From the NCBI GenBank assembly GCA_041946735.1, contig JBHGAY010000003.1, positions 32,001 through 96,000 of the forward strand: 64,000 nucleotides of DNA. The letters run 5' to 3'. The translations under genes and the position numbers were made by a program. The notes under the pieces were generated by a model that was not told where the DNA came from, did not search any database, and was given only the letters and a program-made list of their open reading frames with translations. Source of the DNA: Candidatus Eiseniibacteriota bacterium. GTDB lineage: Bacteria; Eisenbacteria; RBG-16-71-46; CAIMUX01; VGJL01. This document shows, piece by piece, positions 20,562 through 31,507 of the stretch (its first letter is position 1; every line of letters begins with the position of its first letter).

Positions 20562-21680
20562 TCACTGCACCCGTCCGATCTCAACCTCGCGCGATCCCAG
20601 CGGAAGTGTGTAGAGGCTTCCGTCATCGGCCATCGTCCAGCCGTCCCGCCGGACCTCGTTGACGCCGCGAGTGAAGAGCCGCCGCGGAAGGAATCCGTCC
20701 GGAGCCGGCAGGAGATGGTAGAAGACGAGAAGTCGGACGTTGGCATCGTTCGCGATCTGCGCCGCTTCCTCGGGAGAGATGTGGTAGTCCTGCACGTCGT
20801 GCATGATCGCCGCCGTCCGGTCCCGCTGGACGGAGCGCGCCGCCGTCTCGAGAGACTGGGTCATCGAACGCGAGATGGCCTCGGACACGAGGATGTCCGC
20901 GTTCTCTGCGCTTTTCACCAGCGGAGGATGGTACTTCAAATCCCCGGTGATCACCGCGGATCTGCCCCTGTAATCGAATCGATAGGCGTATGCGGGAGAG
21001 ATCGGGGCATGATCCACCTCGATGGCCGTGATGCGAAGCGCCCCGTCGTCGTAAACCAGTGCGGTTCGATCCTTCGCCGGGGTCGATGGTCCATCGAGAG
21101 TGACCGTGTGCGCGACCATGCCCCAGGCGGCCGAGGGCATCACCTCTTCGCCGTGATGCTCGGTCCGGTATCCCTGGTCGGGACCGTAGGCCGTGTTGAA
21201 TCCCTGGACGACCGTCTCGACGCCGGGCCCTCCATAGACCGCGAGCGGCTGCTGGCGGCCGCCCGCCCAGGTCTGCAACTGCAACTCTCCCAGGTCGCCG
21301 ATGTGATCCGAGTGGAAGTGGGTCAGGAGGACGCCTGCGATCTCCGACATGGGGATTCCCCAGAGGAGGAGGTTCTCCACCGACTCCGGGCCGGAGTCGA
21401 CGACCCAGAACTTCCCCTCGGCGAAGACGACGACGCTCGCCTTCGCCCGAGAGGCGCTGGGAAGAGGCGCGGAAGATCCGGCGATGGCAATCCGAAGGGC
21501 GTCGTCTTCGAGCGGCTCGGAGTTGGTCCGCGCGCTCAACTGGACGGCGGCACGATCGAAGATCGCCTGCTGGAAGGCCGGGGTCAGGAGGGCCGCTGCG
21601 GATCCGGGGATCAGGATCGCGAGCGCGACGAGAGCGATCTTCAGGGACCTGTGAGCGAGGGCTCGGCGCATCTTCTTCAT
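20562..21680 (-). CDS. Exported MBL-fold metallo-hydrolase (RNase Z/arylsulfatase-like)
   Basis: THFHSDHIGD, VDH, ITGD, DYH, FYH motifs; N-terminal signal/TM MKKMRRALAHRSLKIALVALAILI. Confidence 0.85.
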   Translation of the reverse strand: MKKMRRALAHRSLKIALVALAILIPGSAAALLTPAFQQAIFDRAAVQLSARTNSEPLEDDALRIAIAGSSAPLPSASRAKASVVVFAEGKFWVVDSGPESVENLLLWGIPMSEIAGVLLTHFHSDHIGDLGELQLQTWAGGRQQPLAVYGGPGVETVVQGFNTAYGPDQGYRTEHHGEEVMPSAAWGMVAHTVTLDGPSTPAKDRTALVYDDGALRITAIEVDHAPISPAYAYRFDYRGRSAVITGDLKYHPPLVKSAENADILVSEAISRSMTQSLETAARSVQRDRTAAIMHDVQDYHISPEEAAQIANDANVRLLVFYHLLPAPDGFLPRRLFTRGVNEVRRDGWTMADDGSLYTLPLGSREVEIGRVQ

Positions 21681-21733
21681 CTTGGGTTCCTCTCTTTCCT
21701 GCTTCCTGGGTCGGAGGCGGGGTTCGGTCTTGT

Positions 21734-22603
21734 TCAGTTCCGGGCGGCGACCGTGGCGGAGGGGATCGAGACGATCGGACGCTTGGTCGCTGGCTTCGCG
21801 AGCACGAGCTCCATCATGCGGCGCGCGACGACCGGCCCCGCGTTCTGGTTCTGGCCGGTAACCAGGTCGCCGTCGACCACGTAGTGATTGGCGAAGAAGT
21901 CGCGGATCGGGTGATGCGCGCACTCGAAGTTCGCGCCGGCGGCGCGCAGCGCGGATTCCGGATGCAGAGGAGTGATGGACACTCCGAGCTGGCGAATCTG
22001 GCGATCCGTGACCGCAGTGAGACGCCTGCCCTCCACGAGCGGTCTTCCTTCGATGTCGCGGGCGCGTAGCAACCCGAGCGGTCCATGGCAGATGCCTCCG
22101 AGCACACGGCGGGCGGCGTACGCGGCGCTCACCTGCTCTCCCAGCTCTTCCGATTGGCCCAGATCGAACGCGGCGCCCCATCCGCCCGCGAAGTAGACGA
22201 GGTCGTAGGACGCGAATTCGATCTCGGAAATGGCGAGAGACCGGGTGAGCTTCCCGCGCAGCACGTCGTCGCCGAGCATTCGGTCGTCCTCGGGCGTCCG
22301 CAGCGCTTCTTTCAGTGACAGAGGGTCGATCGGAACGATCCCGCCCTTTGGGCTCGCCACGTCCACGCGCATCCCGGCGTCGGCGAAACGGTAGTAGGGG
22401 ATGGTCAGCTCGGAGCCGAAGACACCGGTCGGGACGCCGATGTCGAGCACGCCATGGTTCGTCGCGACGCAGAGCGCGGAGCGGCCGGATAGATTGAGAG
22501 ACGGGGCGCGCCGGTCCTCGGGGTGCAGCCCAAGCCCTCGCAGGAGGGCGCGGCCGGCTCGGTTCGGCAAAGACGGTGATGGAGTGAGCAGTCGATCGGA
22601 CAT
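21734..22603 (-). CDS. DJ-1/PfpI (Hsp31-like) type 1 glutamine amidotransferase-domain protein
   Basis: GVFGSELTIPY, VASPKGG, AGGWGAAFDL, nucleophile GGICHGP, TGQNQ. Confidence 0.88.
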   Translation of the reverse strand: MSDRLLTPSPSLPNRAGRALLRGLGLHPEDRRAPSLNLSGRSALCVATNHGVLDIGVPTGVFGSELTIPYYRFADAGMRVDVASPKGGIVPIDPLSLKEALRTPEDDRMLGDDVLRGKLTRSLAISEIEFASYDLVYFAGGWGAAFDLGQSEELGEQVSAAYAARRVLGGICHGPLGLLRARDIEGRPLVEGRRLTAVTDRQIRQLGVSITPLHPESALRAAGANFECAHHPIRDFFANHYVVDGDLVTGQNQNAGPVVARRMMELVLAKPATKRPIVSIPSATVAARN

Positions 22604-22676
22604 TGGACTCTCCTTGCCTCTTGGACGGGTCGTCCTGGTGGCGGCTATGGATCAGGTCGGTTGAGGGGGGCGCTAG

Positions 22677-23477
22677 CTAGATCGAGGCGCGGATGCCGAG
22701 GAGGAATCCCGAGAGGGTCATGTCGGCGTCGAAGCCATGATCCTCCTCGAAATCAGCTTTCAGGATGCGGTAGCCGGCACTGATGCCGTAATGACCGGTC
22801 TTCCCGAACGAGTAGCTGACCGCCGGCGCGAGACTCCATGTGTAGTCCGTGCCGCCGGTCGAGATGTCCGCCTGCGCTTCCACTCCCCAATGGCCCGTCA
22901 ACCGGCCTCGGAAGCGCAGCCCCACGAGCGCATCGATGATCGTGTCGTCCGCTTCATAGCTCCGGGTGCTCGCCACCTCGCTGCCGGGATGGATCGTCGC
23001 ATCGACGGTCGTGCGCTCGTCGAGAAGACGGATGCCGGCGAGAAGCCCGAGTCCCTCGACCGGCTGCGGGAGATCGTAGGTGGCAGCGAAGTCGAAGATC
23101 GTCATGCCGAAGTCGGTCTTCAGATCGGTCGTGCCGGCACCTTCCGGCAAGGCAACGCCGGTCCGCTCGTCCGACAGCGTGACGTCGAAGAGGTCCGCGG
23201 CCGCTCCAAACCGTCCGTACTGCACCTCGGCGCGTGTCTGGAAGATCGTGTCGAGCACGTCCACCAGCTCGCTGACCGGGATGTCCTCGTCGACCACCTG
23301 GCGTCCATCGAGCCTCGCCTCGACGCTGACGTCGGTCGCCCAGACGTAGGGAGTGAGGCGGAAGCTCCACGGCGCGCCGCCGGCAGGCGCGGCCCCGAGG
23401 AGGCAAGCCAGGCTGGCGGAGGCGAGCGCGGCGCGAAGACCGGCCGCGAGATGGTAGCGAAGGGCGCGAGCATTCAT
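22677..23477 (-). CDS. Putative outer-membrane beta-barrel protein
   Basis: Signal peptide, WSFRLTPYVWA, alternating amphipathic strands, AGYR, C-terminal SGFLLGIRASI. Confidence 0.7.
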   Translation of the reverse strand: MNARALRYHLAAGLRAALASASLACLLGAAPAGGAPWSFRLTPYVWATDVSVEARLDGRQVVDEDIPVSELVDVLDTIFQTRAEVQYGRFGAAADLFDVTLSDERTGVALPEGAGTTDLKTDFGMTIFDFAATYDLPQPVEGLGLLAGIRLLDERTTVDATIHPGSEVASTRSYEADDTIIDALVGLRFRGRLTGHWGVEAQADISTGGTDYTWSLAPAVSYSFGKTGHYGISAGYRILKADFEEDHGFDADMTLSGFLLGIRASI

Positions 23478-23518
23478 GGTTGGATCTCCTTCCAAACGGA
23501 CTGTTCTTCCCTGGAACC

Positions 23519-23746
23519 TCACGACTCGATCTCGAGCGTGAGGGTCGCCTTGCGAAGGCGGGCGTCGAGGGCGGCGCTGAACGCGCGGAAGGCATCGCTG
23601 CCGGTGGCGATCAGAGCGTCGATCTCGACCGCATTGAGGTCGAGACCCTGCTCGCGCACTACCTCGTGCGGCTGCTTCGCGAATCGAACCTGCAGCGCGG
23701 CATCGGTAGCGAGTCTTCCGATGAGTACCTCGACGTGCTTGTGCAT
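23519..23746 (-). CDS. Small (75 aa) protein resembling the Os1348/NHLP-leader clan
   Basis: VEVLIGRLATDAALQVRF..P....QGLDL...EIDAL...LDARLRK matches my recollection of this family. Confidence 0.65.
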   Translation of the reverse strand: MHKHVEVLIGRLATDAALQVRFAKQPHEVVREQGLDLNAVEIDALIATGSDAFRAFSAALDARLRKATLTLEIES

Positions 23747-23758
23747 GCCGGGCCCTGA

Positions 23759-23774
23759 TGCGTCTTTCGTACCA
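23759..23774 (-). promoter_or_regulatory. sigma54 -24/-12 promoter
   Basis: Minus-strand TGGTACGAAAGACGCA with exact GG-N10-GC spacing, 12 nt before the ATG and next to a divergent sigma54 activator. Confidence 0.7.
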
Positions 23775-23871
23775 GGAAGGGATAGAAGGCCGACGGATCG
23801 TTAACGCTTCGAGAGAACGGAGCTTGCGTGCGAAGATGTGCCGGCCGGCGAGCCGGCCCGGGTGATTCGAT

Positions 23872-23940
23872 CGGGACATTCGTCCAGAAGCGGACAAGGG
23901 GAGACGGACAGCGCGGACAGGGGGGACGGCTCGGACAGTG
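23872..23940. promoter_or_regulatory. Candidate upstream activator sequences (GGACA/GTCC half-site cluster)
   Basis: Five GGACA copies including GGAC-N4-GTCC and GTCC-N6-GGAC dyads, 100-170 bp upstream of the sigma54 site. Confidence 0.4.
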
Positions 23941-24062
23941 GCGCGGCCCCTGGAGGATGCGCGGAGCGCGAACACCGCGTCGCCTCACGACTGGCGAACG
24001 CCGTCCGCAGGCGCGGTTACCGGATGGACAGACGCGCCGGTTTCTGCTCTATTGTGCGGCCC

Positions 24063-26204
24063 ATGTCGATCTCCACTCCTGACTCCTGGGGCCGTACGAA
24101 TTCCGATTCGGGTCAGCCGGCGGAGCATCTCGCGTTCGGCGATCTGTTCGCACACGCAGCATCGATGCTCGCGGAAAGCCTCGCATTCGATCGTGCCGAA
24201 CTTGTACTACTGGAGGGCGAGGAGACCGTACGATCCATCGCGTGGGGACCAGGGGAGTTGGCCGAGACGAGCGAGACATTCCTGGCCCGGCGAGACTATT
24301 CCGAGCGGTTGTGGCCATCGGCGCCTGGGCAGCCGATTCACTTTCTCGCGGATGTCGCCGGGCTCCTCCGTTCGGATCTCGCGGCGGACCGGCGCCTGCT
24401 CGATGGCGGTGCGCGCGCCGCGCTGACCGTCCCGATCGATCGGCGAGATCGGGTGGAAGCGCTACTGATCCTGTCGACGCAGGAGGCGGGGAGCCTTCGC
24501 GAGCCCGCTCCGTCGGCGGTGACGATGCTGAGGCAGGCGGCCCGGTTCCTTGCGAGTGCCGCGGAGCACGAGAGAGCATGGGCGGTCGAGCAGGATCGCC
24601 AACGTCGCCGTGCGAAGCTCGAGGCCCTTCTGCCCGCGATCGCCGGGTCGCTCGACGTCCGCAAGGTGTTTCTCGCCCTCTCCGAGGTAGTCCAGGAAGT
24701 CGTTCCGCACGATGTCATGGCATTCGCTCTCCTCACAGAGGATCGAGGTGGAGTGCGAATCCAGGCGGCGACGCATCAGGGAGTGCTCGAACTTCCCGAG
24801 TATCGGTTCAGCAACCCGGAGGAGGCGCTCGATGCCAACTGGAAGTTCCTGCTCGCCTACGACCTCACGCCGGTGGACGAGGCGGCCGTCCGGTGCCGCA
24901 TCTCTCCGCGCTTCGCAGCCGTACCGGTCGAGGTGATCGTTCGTCCGGGGCCTGCCTGGATGCGATTCATCGAACAGGTGGGAGTGCGATCGACGCTCCG
25001 CGTGCCGATCCGCTCCAAGGACCGGCCGATCGGCGGCGTGGTCTTCCTGGCAACGAAGAGCGACGCCTACGACGAGGAGGATGGAATCCTCGCGTCCCGC
25101 ATCGCCGACCATGTCGCTCTCGCGATCGCGCATCAGGAGCTGGCCGAGGAGGAGCGCCTCATCGCGCTGGCGGAGGAGCGGGCGTTCCTGCTCGAGAAGC
25201 GCATCGATGCGCTTTCGAGCGAGCTGGACCGGTTCAGCGCGCACCGGGCGATCGGGCAGTCGGCGAGCTGGAGGAAAGCCCTGGCCGACGCCACTCAGGT
25301 GGCCGCGACGGACACGACCGTTCTCGTCACCGGGGAGTCGGGAACCGGCAAGGAGGTGCTTGCTCGCTTCATTCACCGAGGCTCGAGGCGTGCGAAGGGG
25401 CCGTTCGTGGCCTTGAACTGCGCGGCGCTCCCCGAGCAGCTTCTCGAGTCGGAGCTGTTCGGGCATGAGCGCGGCGCGTTCACGGGAGCGGTCGAGGCGC
25501 GGCCCGGGAAGATCGAGCAGGCGTCGGGCGGATCGCTCTTCCTCGACGAGGTGGGAGAGATGTCCCCCGCGGTGCAGGCGAAGTTCCTGCGCGTGCTGCA
25601 GGAGCGCGAATTCCAGCGCGTCGGGGGCTCGAAGACGATCCGGGCCGATGTTCGGATCATCGCGGCGACGAATCGCGACCCTCGCGCGGGCGTCGCGGGG
25701 GGTTCCTTCCGCGAGGATCTCTACTACCGTCTCGCGGTCTTCGAAATCCACCTGCCGCCTCTTCGGGAGCGGCCGGAGGATATCCTCGTTCTTGCCGAGG
25801 CCTTTCTCGAGGAGGTCGGCCGGACGATCGGGCGGCCGGCGGCCGGAGTCTCGGAGGACGCGCGCGAGCAGTTGCTCGTCCACGCGTGGCCGGGAAACGT
25901 TCGCGAGCTACGCAATGCGATCGAGCGAGCCGTGATCCTCTGCCAGGGCGGACTGATCACGCGCGACCACCTGCCGATCTCGATCGCCCGTCCGCCTGCC
26001 GACCGAGTCGCGATCGCCGCTCCTCGAGCCGCCGACTTCCCGATCGAGGGAGTAGCTCTCGATGAGGTCGAGCGGGAGCTGCTACAGAAGGCGATGGCGA
26101 AGGCGGGGAACAACAAGTCCCAGGCCGCGAAGCTGCTCGGCGTTTCGCGCGGGCAGCTTTACTCGCTGCTCCGTCGTCATGGCTTGACGGAAGCGCGTCG
26201 CTGA
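24063..26204 (+). CDS. sigma54-dependent enhancer-binding protein (GAF-GAF-AAA+-Fis HTH)
   Basis: [54 protein letters not shown]. Confidence 0.95.
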   Translation: MSISTPDSWGRTNSDSGQPAEHLAFGDLFAHAASMLAESLAFDRAELVLLEGEETVRSIAWGPGELAETSETFLARRDYSERLWPSAPGQPIHFLADVAGLLRSDLAADRRLLDGGARAALTVPIDRRDRVEALLILSTQEAGSLREPAPSAVTMLRQAARFLASAAEHERAWAVEQDRQRRRAKLEALLPAIAGSLDVRKVFLALSEVVQEVVPHDVMAFALLTEDRGGVRIQAATHQGVLELPEYRFSNPEEALDANWKFLLAYDLTPVDEAAVRCRISPRFAAVPVEVIVRPGPAWMRFIEQVGVRSTLRVPIRSKDRPIGGVVFLATKSDAYDEEDGILASRIADHVALAIAHQELAEEERLIALAEERAFLLEKRIDALSSELDRFSAHRAIGQSASWRKALADATQVAATDTTVLVTGESGTGKEVLARFIHRGSRRAKGPFVALNCAALPEQLLESELFGHERGAFTGAVEARPGKIEQASGGSLFLDEVGEMSPAVQAKFLRVLQEREFQRVGGSKTIRADVRIIAATNRDPRAGVAGGSFREDLYYRLAVFEIHLPPLRERPEDILVLAEAFLEEVGRTIGRPAAGVSEDAREQLLVHAWPGNVRELRNAIERAVILCQGGLITRDHLPISIARPPADRVAIAAPRAADFPIEGVALDEVERELLQKAMAKAGNNKSQAAKLLGVSRGQLYSLLRRHGLTEARR

Positions 26205-26270
26205 TCGAGCCGGCCGGATGCGACGCTCTCGTCTCACGTGAATCGCCGCGGGCCGTGCGAGATCAGCGCA

Positions 26271-28208
26271 TCAGATCACTGCGGAGGAGCGGGGCGGGAC
26301 GAAGGGTTTCCGCAGGAGGCGCCGCAGCCGGCCGAAGCGTCCGGCGCGTCCGGGCTCCGACGCCGGCGCGGCGCCCATGCTTGCGCGGGCCGCCATCTTC
26401 CGCGTCATTTCCACGAGCTCGGGCTGGTCGGGCATCAGAGCGAGCGACGCGGCGGCCATCTCCCGCGCCTCCTGAGGAAAGCCGGCCTGCACAAGCGAGA
26501 CCGCCGCGTTCCGCAAGATCCGCGCGTTCTGCGGCGCCAGGGCCGCCGCGCGGTGATGCGCCTGCGCTGCGCCCGGCGCATCTCCCGCCTCGAACCGCGC
26601 CCGCGCCAGGAGATCGAGGATCAGCGCGTCGTCCTCCTCGTTGGCGGCCTGCTCGAGATGGGGCAGCGCCTCGCGCATCCGGCCGAGCCGCTCGAGGGCC
26701 GAGGCGAGCAGGAAGCGCGCCTGCGCGAACGAAGGCTCCTCGCGTACGACATCCGCGAAGAAGGCGCGCGCCGCCTCGGCGTCCCCTTGGACTGCGTCGG
26801 CGACCGCTTTCTCCCATCGCGAGTCGAAGTCCTCCATGCGAGATTCCAGCAGGACGGCATAGGCCGCGCGCCGGACCTCCGGCCGCGAAGCGACCTCGAG
26901 CAGCTTTCGCGCGGTGGCCGCTCCTGCAGCGAGTCCGTCGATCTCGACGCTCACCCGCATCAGCTTCTCCAGGACCGACTCGTCCTCGCTCCCCTCGCTG
27001 ATCCGTCCGCGAAGAATCGCCCGGGCGCTCGCCCCGGCCAATCCGGGTCGCTCCGCGATCTCGGACAGCAGGTCGAGCTGATCGGGTTCGGGACTTTGCA
27101 TCCACCCTGCCTGGGCAACCTCCAGCGCTTCGTCGTCCCGGCCGAGGCTCAGCAGGGCGCGGGCGAGGTTCGTGTACGCGGTCGCCGGGCCGGCCGCTTT
27201 TACCGCCCGGCGGAACAAGGGCTCGGCGGCCTCCGTCCTTCCCTGATTCGCGAGGAGGCAGCCGGCATGATCGAGCAGATTGCCGTCGAATCCGGTCCTG
27301 CCGACCGCCCGCGTCAACAGGTCGACCGACTGATCGAGGAAGCCGTGGGAGGCGAGCCATTCCGCGTATCCCTGCAGCGAGGGAAGGTAGAACGGGTCGC
27401 GGAGGAGCGATTCCGTGTAGGCGCCACGGGCCCCCTCGGCGTCGCCCGCCTGCTGCTTGAGGACCGCCATGTGGAAGAGCGGAACGGGGGAGTGCGGGGC
27501 CAGCTCCGCCCATCTCCCGATCGCGTGGAATGCCGCCTGCCGGTCGCCCTCCGCCGTCGACAGCGCGAGGCTCGCGGCGATCCGCGTCATGCATTCGCGC
27601 GCGATCGGATGGGACGGCTCCCTCTCGAGGCATTGGAGAATCGGCTCGAACAGCCGGTTCGGATCGTCCCGGCCGACACCGAAGCGGAACGCCACGAACC
27701 GCTCGAGAGCGTAGAGGGCGGCGATCGCCGTCCGGCCATCCTCGGTCTTGAACAGCTCCTTCCCGGTGAGCGGGGAGTGAGGCCGGTCGAGCGCGCCGAG
27801 GAGCTGATCGAGCGTGTCCGGCAGGACGGAAAGCAGGTCTTCGGGAACGAGGCGGATCACGGAAGCGGCGAGCGAGTCGCCCCGCCTGTCGAGCAGCCGG
27901 ATGCGGGAGCGATCCGCTTCGAAATCCAGGGTGACGATCGCGTCGGCAGTCGGGACGAGCTGGATCTTGTGGCGCAGGTCGGTCGGCTTCCAAGGCGTGG
28001 GGCGAAGGATGAAGTGGCGAAGGCCGCGCGCATCGGTGACCGTCTCGGGCCAGAGCGAGGAGTGAACGCCCCGGCTTTCCAGCCACAGGCGCAGCCACTC
28101 CAACAGCCCGATGGCGAGCGACACTCGCTGGGGATCGCTGCTGCCGGCGGGGTGGAGCAGGACCAGGTCGGGTTCGCAGGCGACGGCCGGATTCCGTTCA
28201 GGACTCAT
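26271..28208 (-). CDS. Tetratricopeptide-repeat protein
   Basis: Repeated A/L-rich helices ending in P (AYTNLARALLSLGRDDEA, ARFLLASALERLGRMREA, ALAPQN). Confidence 0.75.
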   Translation of the reverse strand: MSPERNPAVACEPDLVLLHPAGSSDPQRVSLAIGLLEWLRLWLESRGVHSSLWPETVTDARGLRHFILRPTPWKPTDLRHKIQLVPTADAIVTLDFEADRSRIRLLDRRGDSLAASVIRLVPEDLLSVLPDTLDQLLGALDRPHSPLTGKELFKTEDGRTAIAALYALERFVAFRFGVGRDDPNRLFEPILQCLEREPSHPIARECMTRIAASLALSTAEGDRQAAFHAIGRWAELAPHSPVPLFHMAVLKQQAGDAEGARGAYTESLLRDPFYLPSLQGYAEWLASHGFLDQSVDLLTRAVGRTGFDGNLLDHAGCLLANQGRTEAAEPLFRRAVKAAGPATAYTNLARALLSLGRDDEALEVAQAGWMQSPEPDQLDLLSEIAERPGLAGASARAILRGRISEGSEDESVLEKLMRVSVEIDGLAAGAATARKLLEVASRPEVRRAAYAVLLESRMEDFDSRWEKAVADAVQGDAEAARAFFADVVREEPSFAQARFLLASALERLGRMREALPHLEQAANEEDDALILDLLARARFEAGDAPGAAQAHHRAAALAPQNARILRNAAVSLVQAGFPQEAREMAAASLALMPDQPELVEMTRKMAARASMGAAPASEPGRAGRFGRLRRLLRKPFVPPRSSAVI

Positions 28209-28285
28209 GGCGCGCCTCCCTTATTTCCCCGGGCTTCGTCCTCAACGTAGCACGGAACCGGGGAGATGCGCTCGCGCCTTCGCCG

Positions 28286-31200
28286 CTACCCGGTCGAAAT
28301 CCGGGGGGAAGGAGGGTTGCCGACGCGAAGGCTGGCTGCTTCGGGGACGCCGGCCGGGCCGGCGCCTCCCGCCCCGATCCCTGCCTCTGCCTCGCCCTCT
28401 GCCGCGCGCCCCGCCTCCGCGGCTCGCGCCCTCCCGCCACGCAGCTCCCGTATCCAGACTTGGAGCCGGTCCATCGTCACGTAGAAGACCGGGGTGACGA
28501 AGAGCGTGAGGAGCTGCGAGAAGAGCAGACCGCCGACCACCGCGAGGCCCAGCGGCCGCCGCGACTCGCTTCCCGCTCCGAAGCCGATCGCGATCGGAAG
28601 GGTTCCCATCAGCGCTGCCATCGTCGTCATCATGATCGGCCGGAAACGGACGAGGCACGCCTCGAGGATCGCCTGCTCCGCGGTGCACCGTTCGGCCCGC
28701 TGCGCGTCGAGCGCGAAGTCGATCATCATGATCCCATTCTTCTTCACGAGCCCGACGAGCATGATCACGCCGACGAATGCATAGATCGAGAGATCGACGC
28801 GGAAGAGAAGCAGCGTGAGCAGGGCGCCGAAGCCCGCGAACGGAAGCGCCGACAGGATCGTGAGCGGGTGGATGAACGATTCGTAGAGAATCCCGAGGAC
28901 GAGATAGATGACAAGCACGGCCAGGATCAGCAGGACGCCGAGCCCCTTCATCGACGACTGGAACGCCTGCGCCGTCCCCTGGAAGCTCGTCGTGATCGTC
29001 CCCGGCAGCGTCTCCTGCGCGACGCGGCCGACCTCGGTCACGGCCGATCCGAGCGAGAAGCCGGGCTTCAGGTTGAACGAAAGCGTGACGGCGGGAAGCT
29101 GTCCCGAGTGGTTCACGCTGAGCGGGCCGAGGCTCGGGCGCACGGTCGCGACCGAGCCGAGCGGCACGAGCGATCCCGACAGGGAGGGGATGTAGAGGGA
29201 GGAGAGCGCCGAAGGATCGAGACGATGCTCGGGCAGCAGCTCCAGCAGGACCGCGTAATCGTTGCTGGGAGTGAAGATCGTCGAGATCTGCCGCGAGCCG
29301 AACGCGTTGTACAACGTCTCCTGCACCTGCTCCGAAGTGACGCCGAGCGACGCCGCGCGGTCACGATCGATGTCGACGCTCACCTGCGGATTGCGAATCT
29401 GCAGATCGCTGCTCACGTCGACGATCCCCGGCAGCTCGCGCATCTTCTCGAGCAGGGCCGGGGCGGCGGCGTAGAGCTCCTCGGTGTCCACCCCTTGGAG
29501 CGTCAGCTGATACTGGCTGCGGCTCATGCGGCCTCCGACGTTGATCGGAGGCGGGTTCTGCAGATAGGCGCGGACGCCGGGGACCTTCGCCAGACGGGGT
29601 CGTAGCGCCGTGAGGAACTCGTCGGCCGAAAGGTCACGCTCATCGCGCGGCTTCAGCCGGACGGTCATTCCGCCGCTGCTCGATCCCCCGCGGCCGCCTC
29701 CTCCCGCGCGCGACATGAACGACTCGACGTTCGGGTCGGCGGCGACGATGTCCGCGACCGCTTGCTGATGCTTCACGAACGCGGCGAACGAGGTTCCCTC
29801 GGCCGCCTCGGTCGAAATGCTCACCATCCCGGTGTCTTCGCTCGGCAGGAATCCCTTCGGGATCGTGCGGAACAGGACGCCGGTCGCGACGAGAACGAGG
29901 AGCGAGAAGCCGAGGACAAGGCCGCGATGCGAGAGGCTGAAGCGGAGTCCGCGCTCGTACGCGTGCAGCATCGACTGGAAGACGCGCTCCGAGACGACGA
30001 ATGCATGGCTGTGACGCATCGCCGCCCCATGCGGGCGGAGGAACCGGCTGCAGAGCATCGGCGTCAGCGTGAGGGAGACGAATCCGGAGATGAGGATCGC
30101 GGCGGCGATCGTGACGGCGAACTCGTGGAACAGGCGCCCCACGATCCCGCCCATGAACAGCACCGGGATGAAGACCGCCGCGAGCGAGAGAGTCATCGAA
30201 AGGATCGTGAAGCCGATCTCGCGCGATCCGCGCAACGCCGCTTCCCGGACCCCTTCCCCCTTCTCGATGTGACGAACGATGTTCTCGAGCATCACGATCG
30301 CGTCGTCGACGACGAATCCCACCGACAGCGTCAACGCCATCAGGGAGAGGTTGTCGAGGCTGTAGCCGAGCATGTACATCACGGCGAACGTCCCGATCAG
30401 CGACATCGGCAGCGCGAGGCTCGGGATGATCGTGGCGGAGAGGTTCCTGAGGAAGAGGAAGATCACCAGGACGACGAGGCAGAGGGTCAGGAAGAGGGTG
30501 AACTTCACGTCCTCGACCGATGCGCGGATCGACTCCGACCGATCGATCAGGACGTGGAGCGAGACCGAGGCGGGCAGCTTCGATTCGAAGGTCGGGAGGA
30601 GCGCGCGGACCGACTGCGCGACCTCGACCGTGTTCGTCCCCGGTTGGCGCATGACGGCGACGATCACGGAGCGCTGGTCGTTGTACCAGGCGGCGTTGTT
30701 GTCGTTCTCGACGCTGTCGAGGACGTTCGCCACCTGCTCGAGCCGAACCGGCTGCCCGTTCTTGTAAGCGAGGATCAGCGGGCGGAAAGCACTCGCCTGC
30801 TCCATCTGCCCGGTCGCCTCGATCGTCAGCGACCGGTTCGGACCTTCGAGGGTCCCGGTCGGGAGGCTCACGTTCTCGCGACGCACCGCAGCCGCAACAT
30901 CGTCGAGCGAGATCCCCATGGAAGAGAGCGCCTCGGGATCGACCTGCACGCGCACTGCGTACTTCTGCGCTCCGAAGACCTGCACCTGCGCGACGCCCGG
31001 GACCATCGAGATCCGTTGCGCGATCATCGTCTCGCCGTATTCGTCGAGCTGCGGGAGCGGCAGCGTCGGGGAGGTGAGCGCGAGAAAGAGGATCGGCGCG
31101 TCCGCCGGGTTCACCTTGCGCAGCGACGGCGGCGAAGGCATGTCGGCCGGCAGGCGGCGCAGCGTCGCGGAGATGGCCGCCTGGACGTCCTGCGCCGCGG

Positions 31201-31507
31201 CGTCGAGGTCGCGCGAAAGCTCGAACTGCAGTGTGATCGACGTCGAGCCGAGGCTGCTCGAAGAGGTCATGGAGGAGATCCCGGCGATCGTCGAGAACTG
31301 CTTCTCGAGCGGCGTCGCGACCGAGGAGGCCATCGTCTCCGGGCTCGCGCCGGGCAGCGAGGCGGAGACGGAGATCGTCGGGAAGTCCACGTTCGGCAGG
31401 TTGCTGACCGGCAGCTCGCGATAGCCGAGCACGCCGAACAGGAGGATCGCCAGCATGACCAGGGTGGTCATGACCGGGCGGCGGATGAAGAGCGCGGAAA
31501 TGCTCAC
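28286..31507 (-). CDS. RND efflux permease (MdtB/MdtC-like)
   Basis: FIRRPVMTTL, LPNVDFPTI, GFVVDDAIVMLEN, VKKNGIMMIDFA, RFRPIMMTT; 1073 aa. Confidence 0.95.
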   Translation of the reverse strand: MSISALFIRRPVMTTLVMLAILLFGVLGYRELPVSNLPNVDFPTISVSASLPGASPETMASSVATPLEKQFSTIAGISSMTSSSSLGSTSITLQFELSRDLDAAAQDVQAAISATLRRLPADMPSPPSLRKVNPADAPILFLALTSPTLPLPQLDEYGETMIAQRISMVPGVAQVQVFGAQKYAVRVQVDPEALSSMGISLDDVAAAVRRENVSLPTGTLEGPNRSLTIEATGQMEQASAFRPLILAYKNGQPVRLEQVANVLDSVENDNNAAWYNDQRSVIVAVMRQPGTNTVEVAQSVRALLPTFESKLPASVSLHVLIDRSESIRASVEDVKFTLFLTLCLVVLVIFLFLRNLSATIIPSLALPMSLIGTFAVMYMLGYSLDNLSLMALTLSVGFVVDDAIVMLENIVRHIEKGEGVREAALRGSREIGFTILSMTLSLAAVFIPVLFMGGIVGRLFHEFAVTIAAAILISGFVSLTLTPMLCSRFLRPHGAAMRHSHAFVVSERVFQSMLHAYERGLRFSLSHRGLVLGFSLLVLVATGVLFRTIPKGFLPSEDTGMVSISTEAAEGTSFAAFVKHQQAVADIVAADPNVESFMSRAGGGGRGGSSSGGMTVRLKPRDERDLSADEFLTALRPRLAKVPGVRAYLQNPPPINVGGRMSRSQYQLTLQGVDTEELYAAAPALLEKMRELPGIVDVSSDLQIRNPQVSVDIDRDRAASLGVTSEQVQETLYNAFGSRQISTIFTPSNDYAVLLELLPEHRLDPSALSSLYIPSLSGSLVPLGSVATVRPSLGPLSVNHSGQLPAVTLSFNLKPGFSLGSAVTEVGRVAQETLPGTITTSFQGTAQAFQSSMKGLGVLLILAVLVIYLVLGILYESFIHPLTILSALPFAGFGALLTLLLFRVDLSIYAFVGVIMLVGLVKKNGIMMIDFALDAQRAERCTAEQAILEACLVRFRPIMMTTMAALMGTLPIAIGFGAGSESRRPLGLAVVGGLLFSQLLTLFVTPVFYVTMDRLQVWIRELRGGRARAAEAGRAAEGEAEAGIGAGGAGPAGVPEAASLRVGNPPSPRISTG

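Noticed and set aside
23519..23746. RiPP biosynthetic cluster around the NHLP-like peptide
   Set aside because: No core peptide, and no YcaO, LanM, radical SAM or peptidase-transporter gene nearby.
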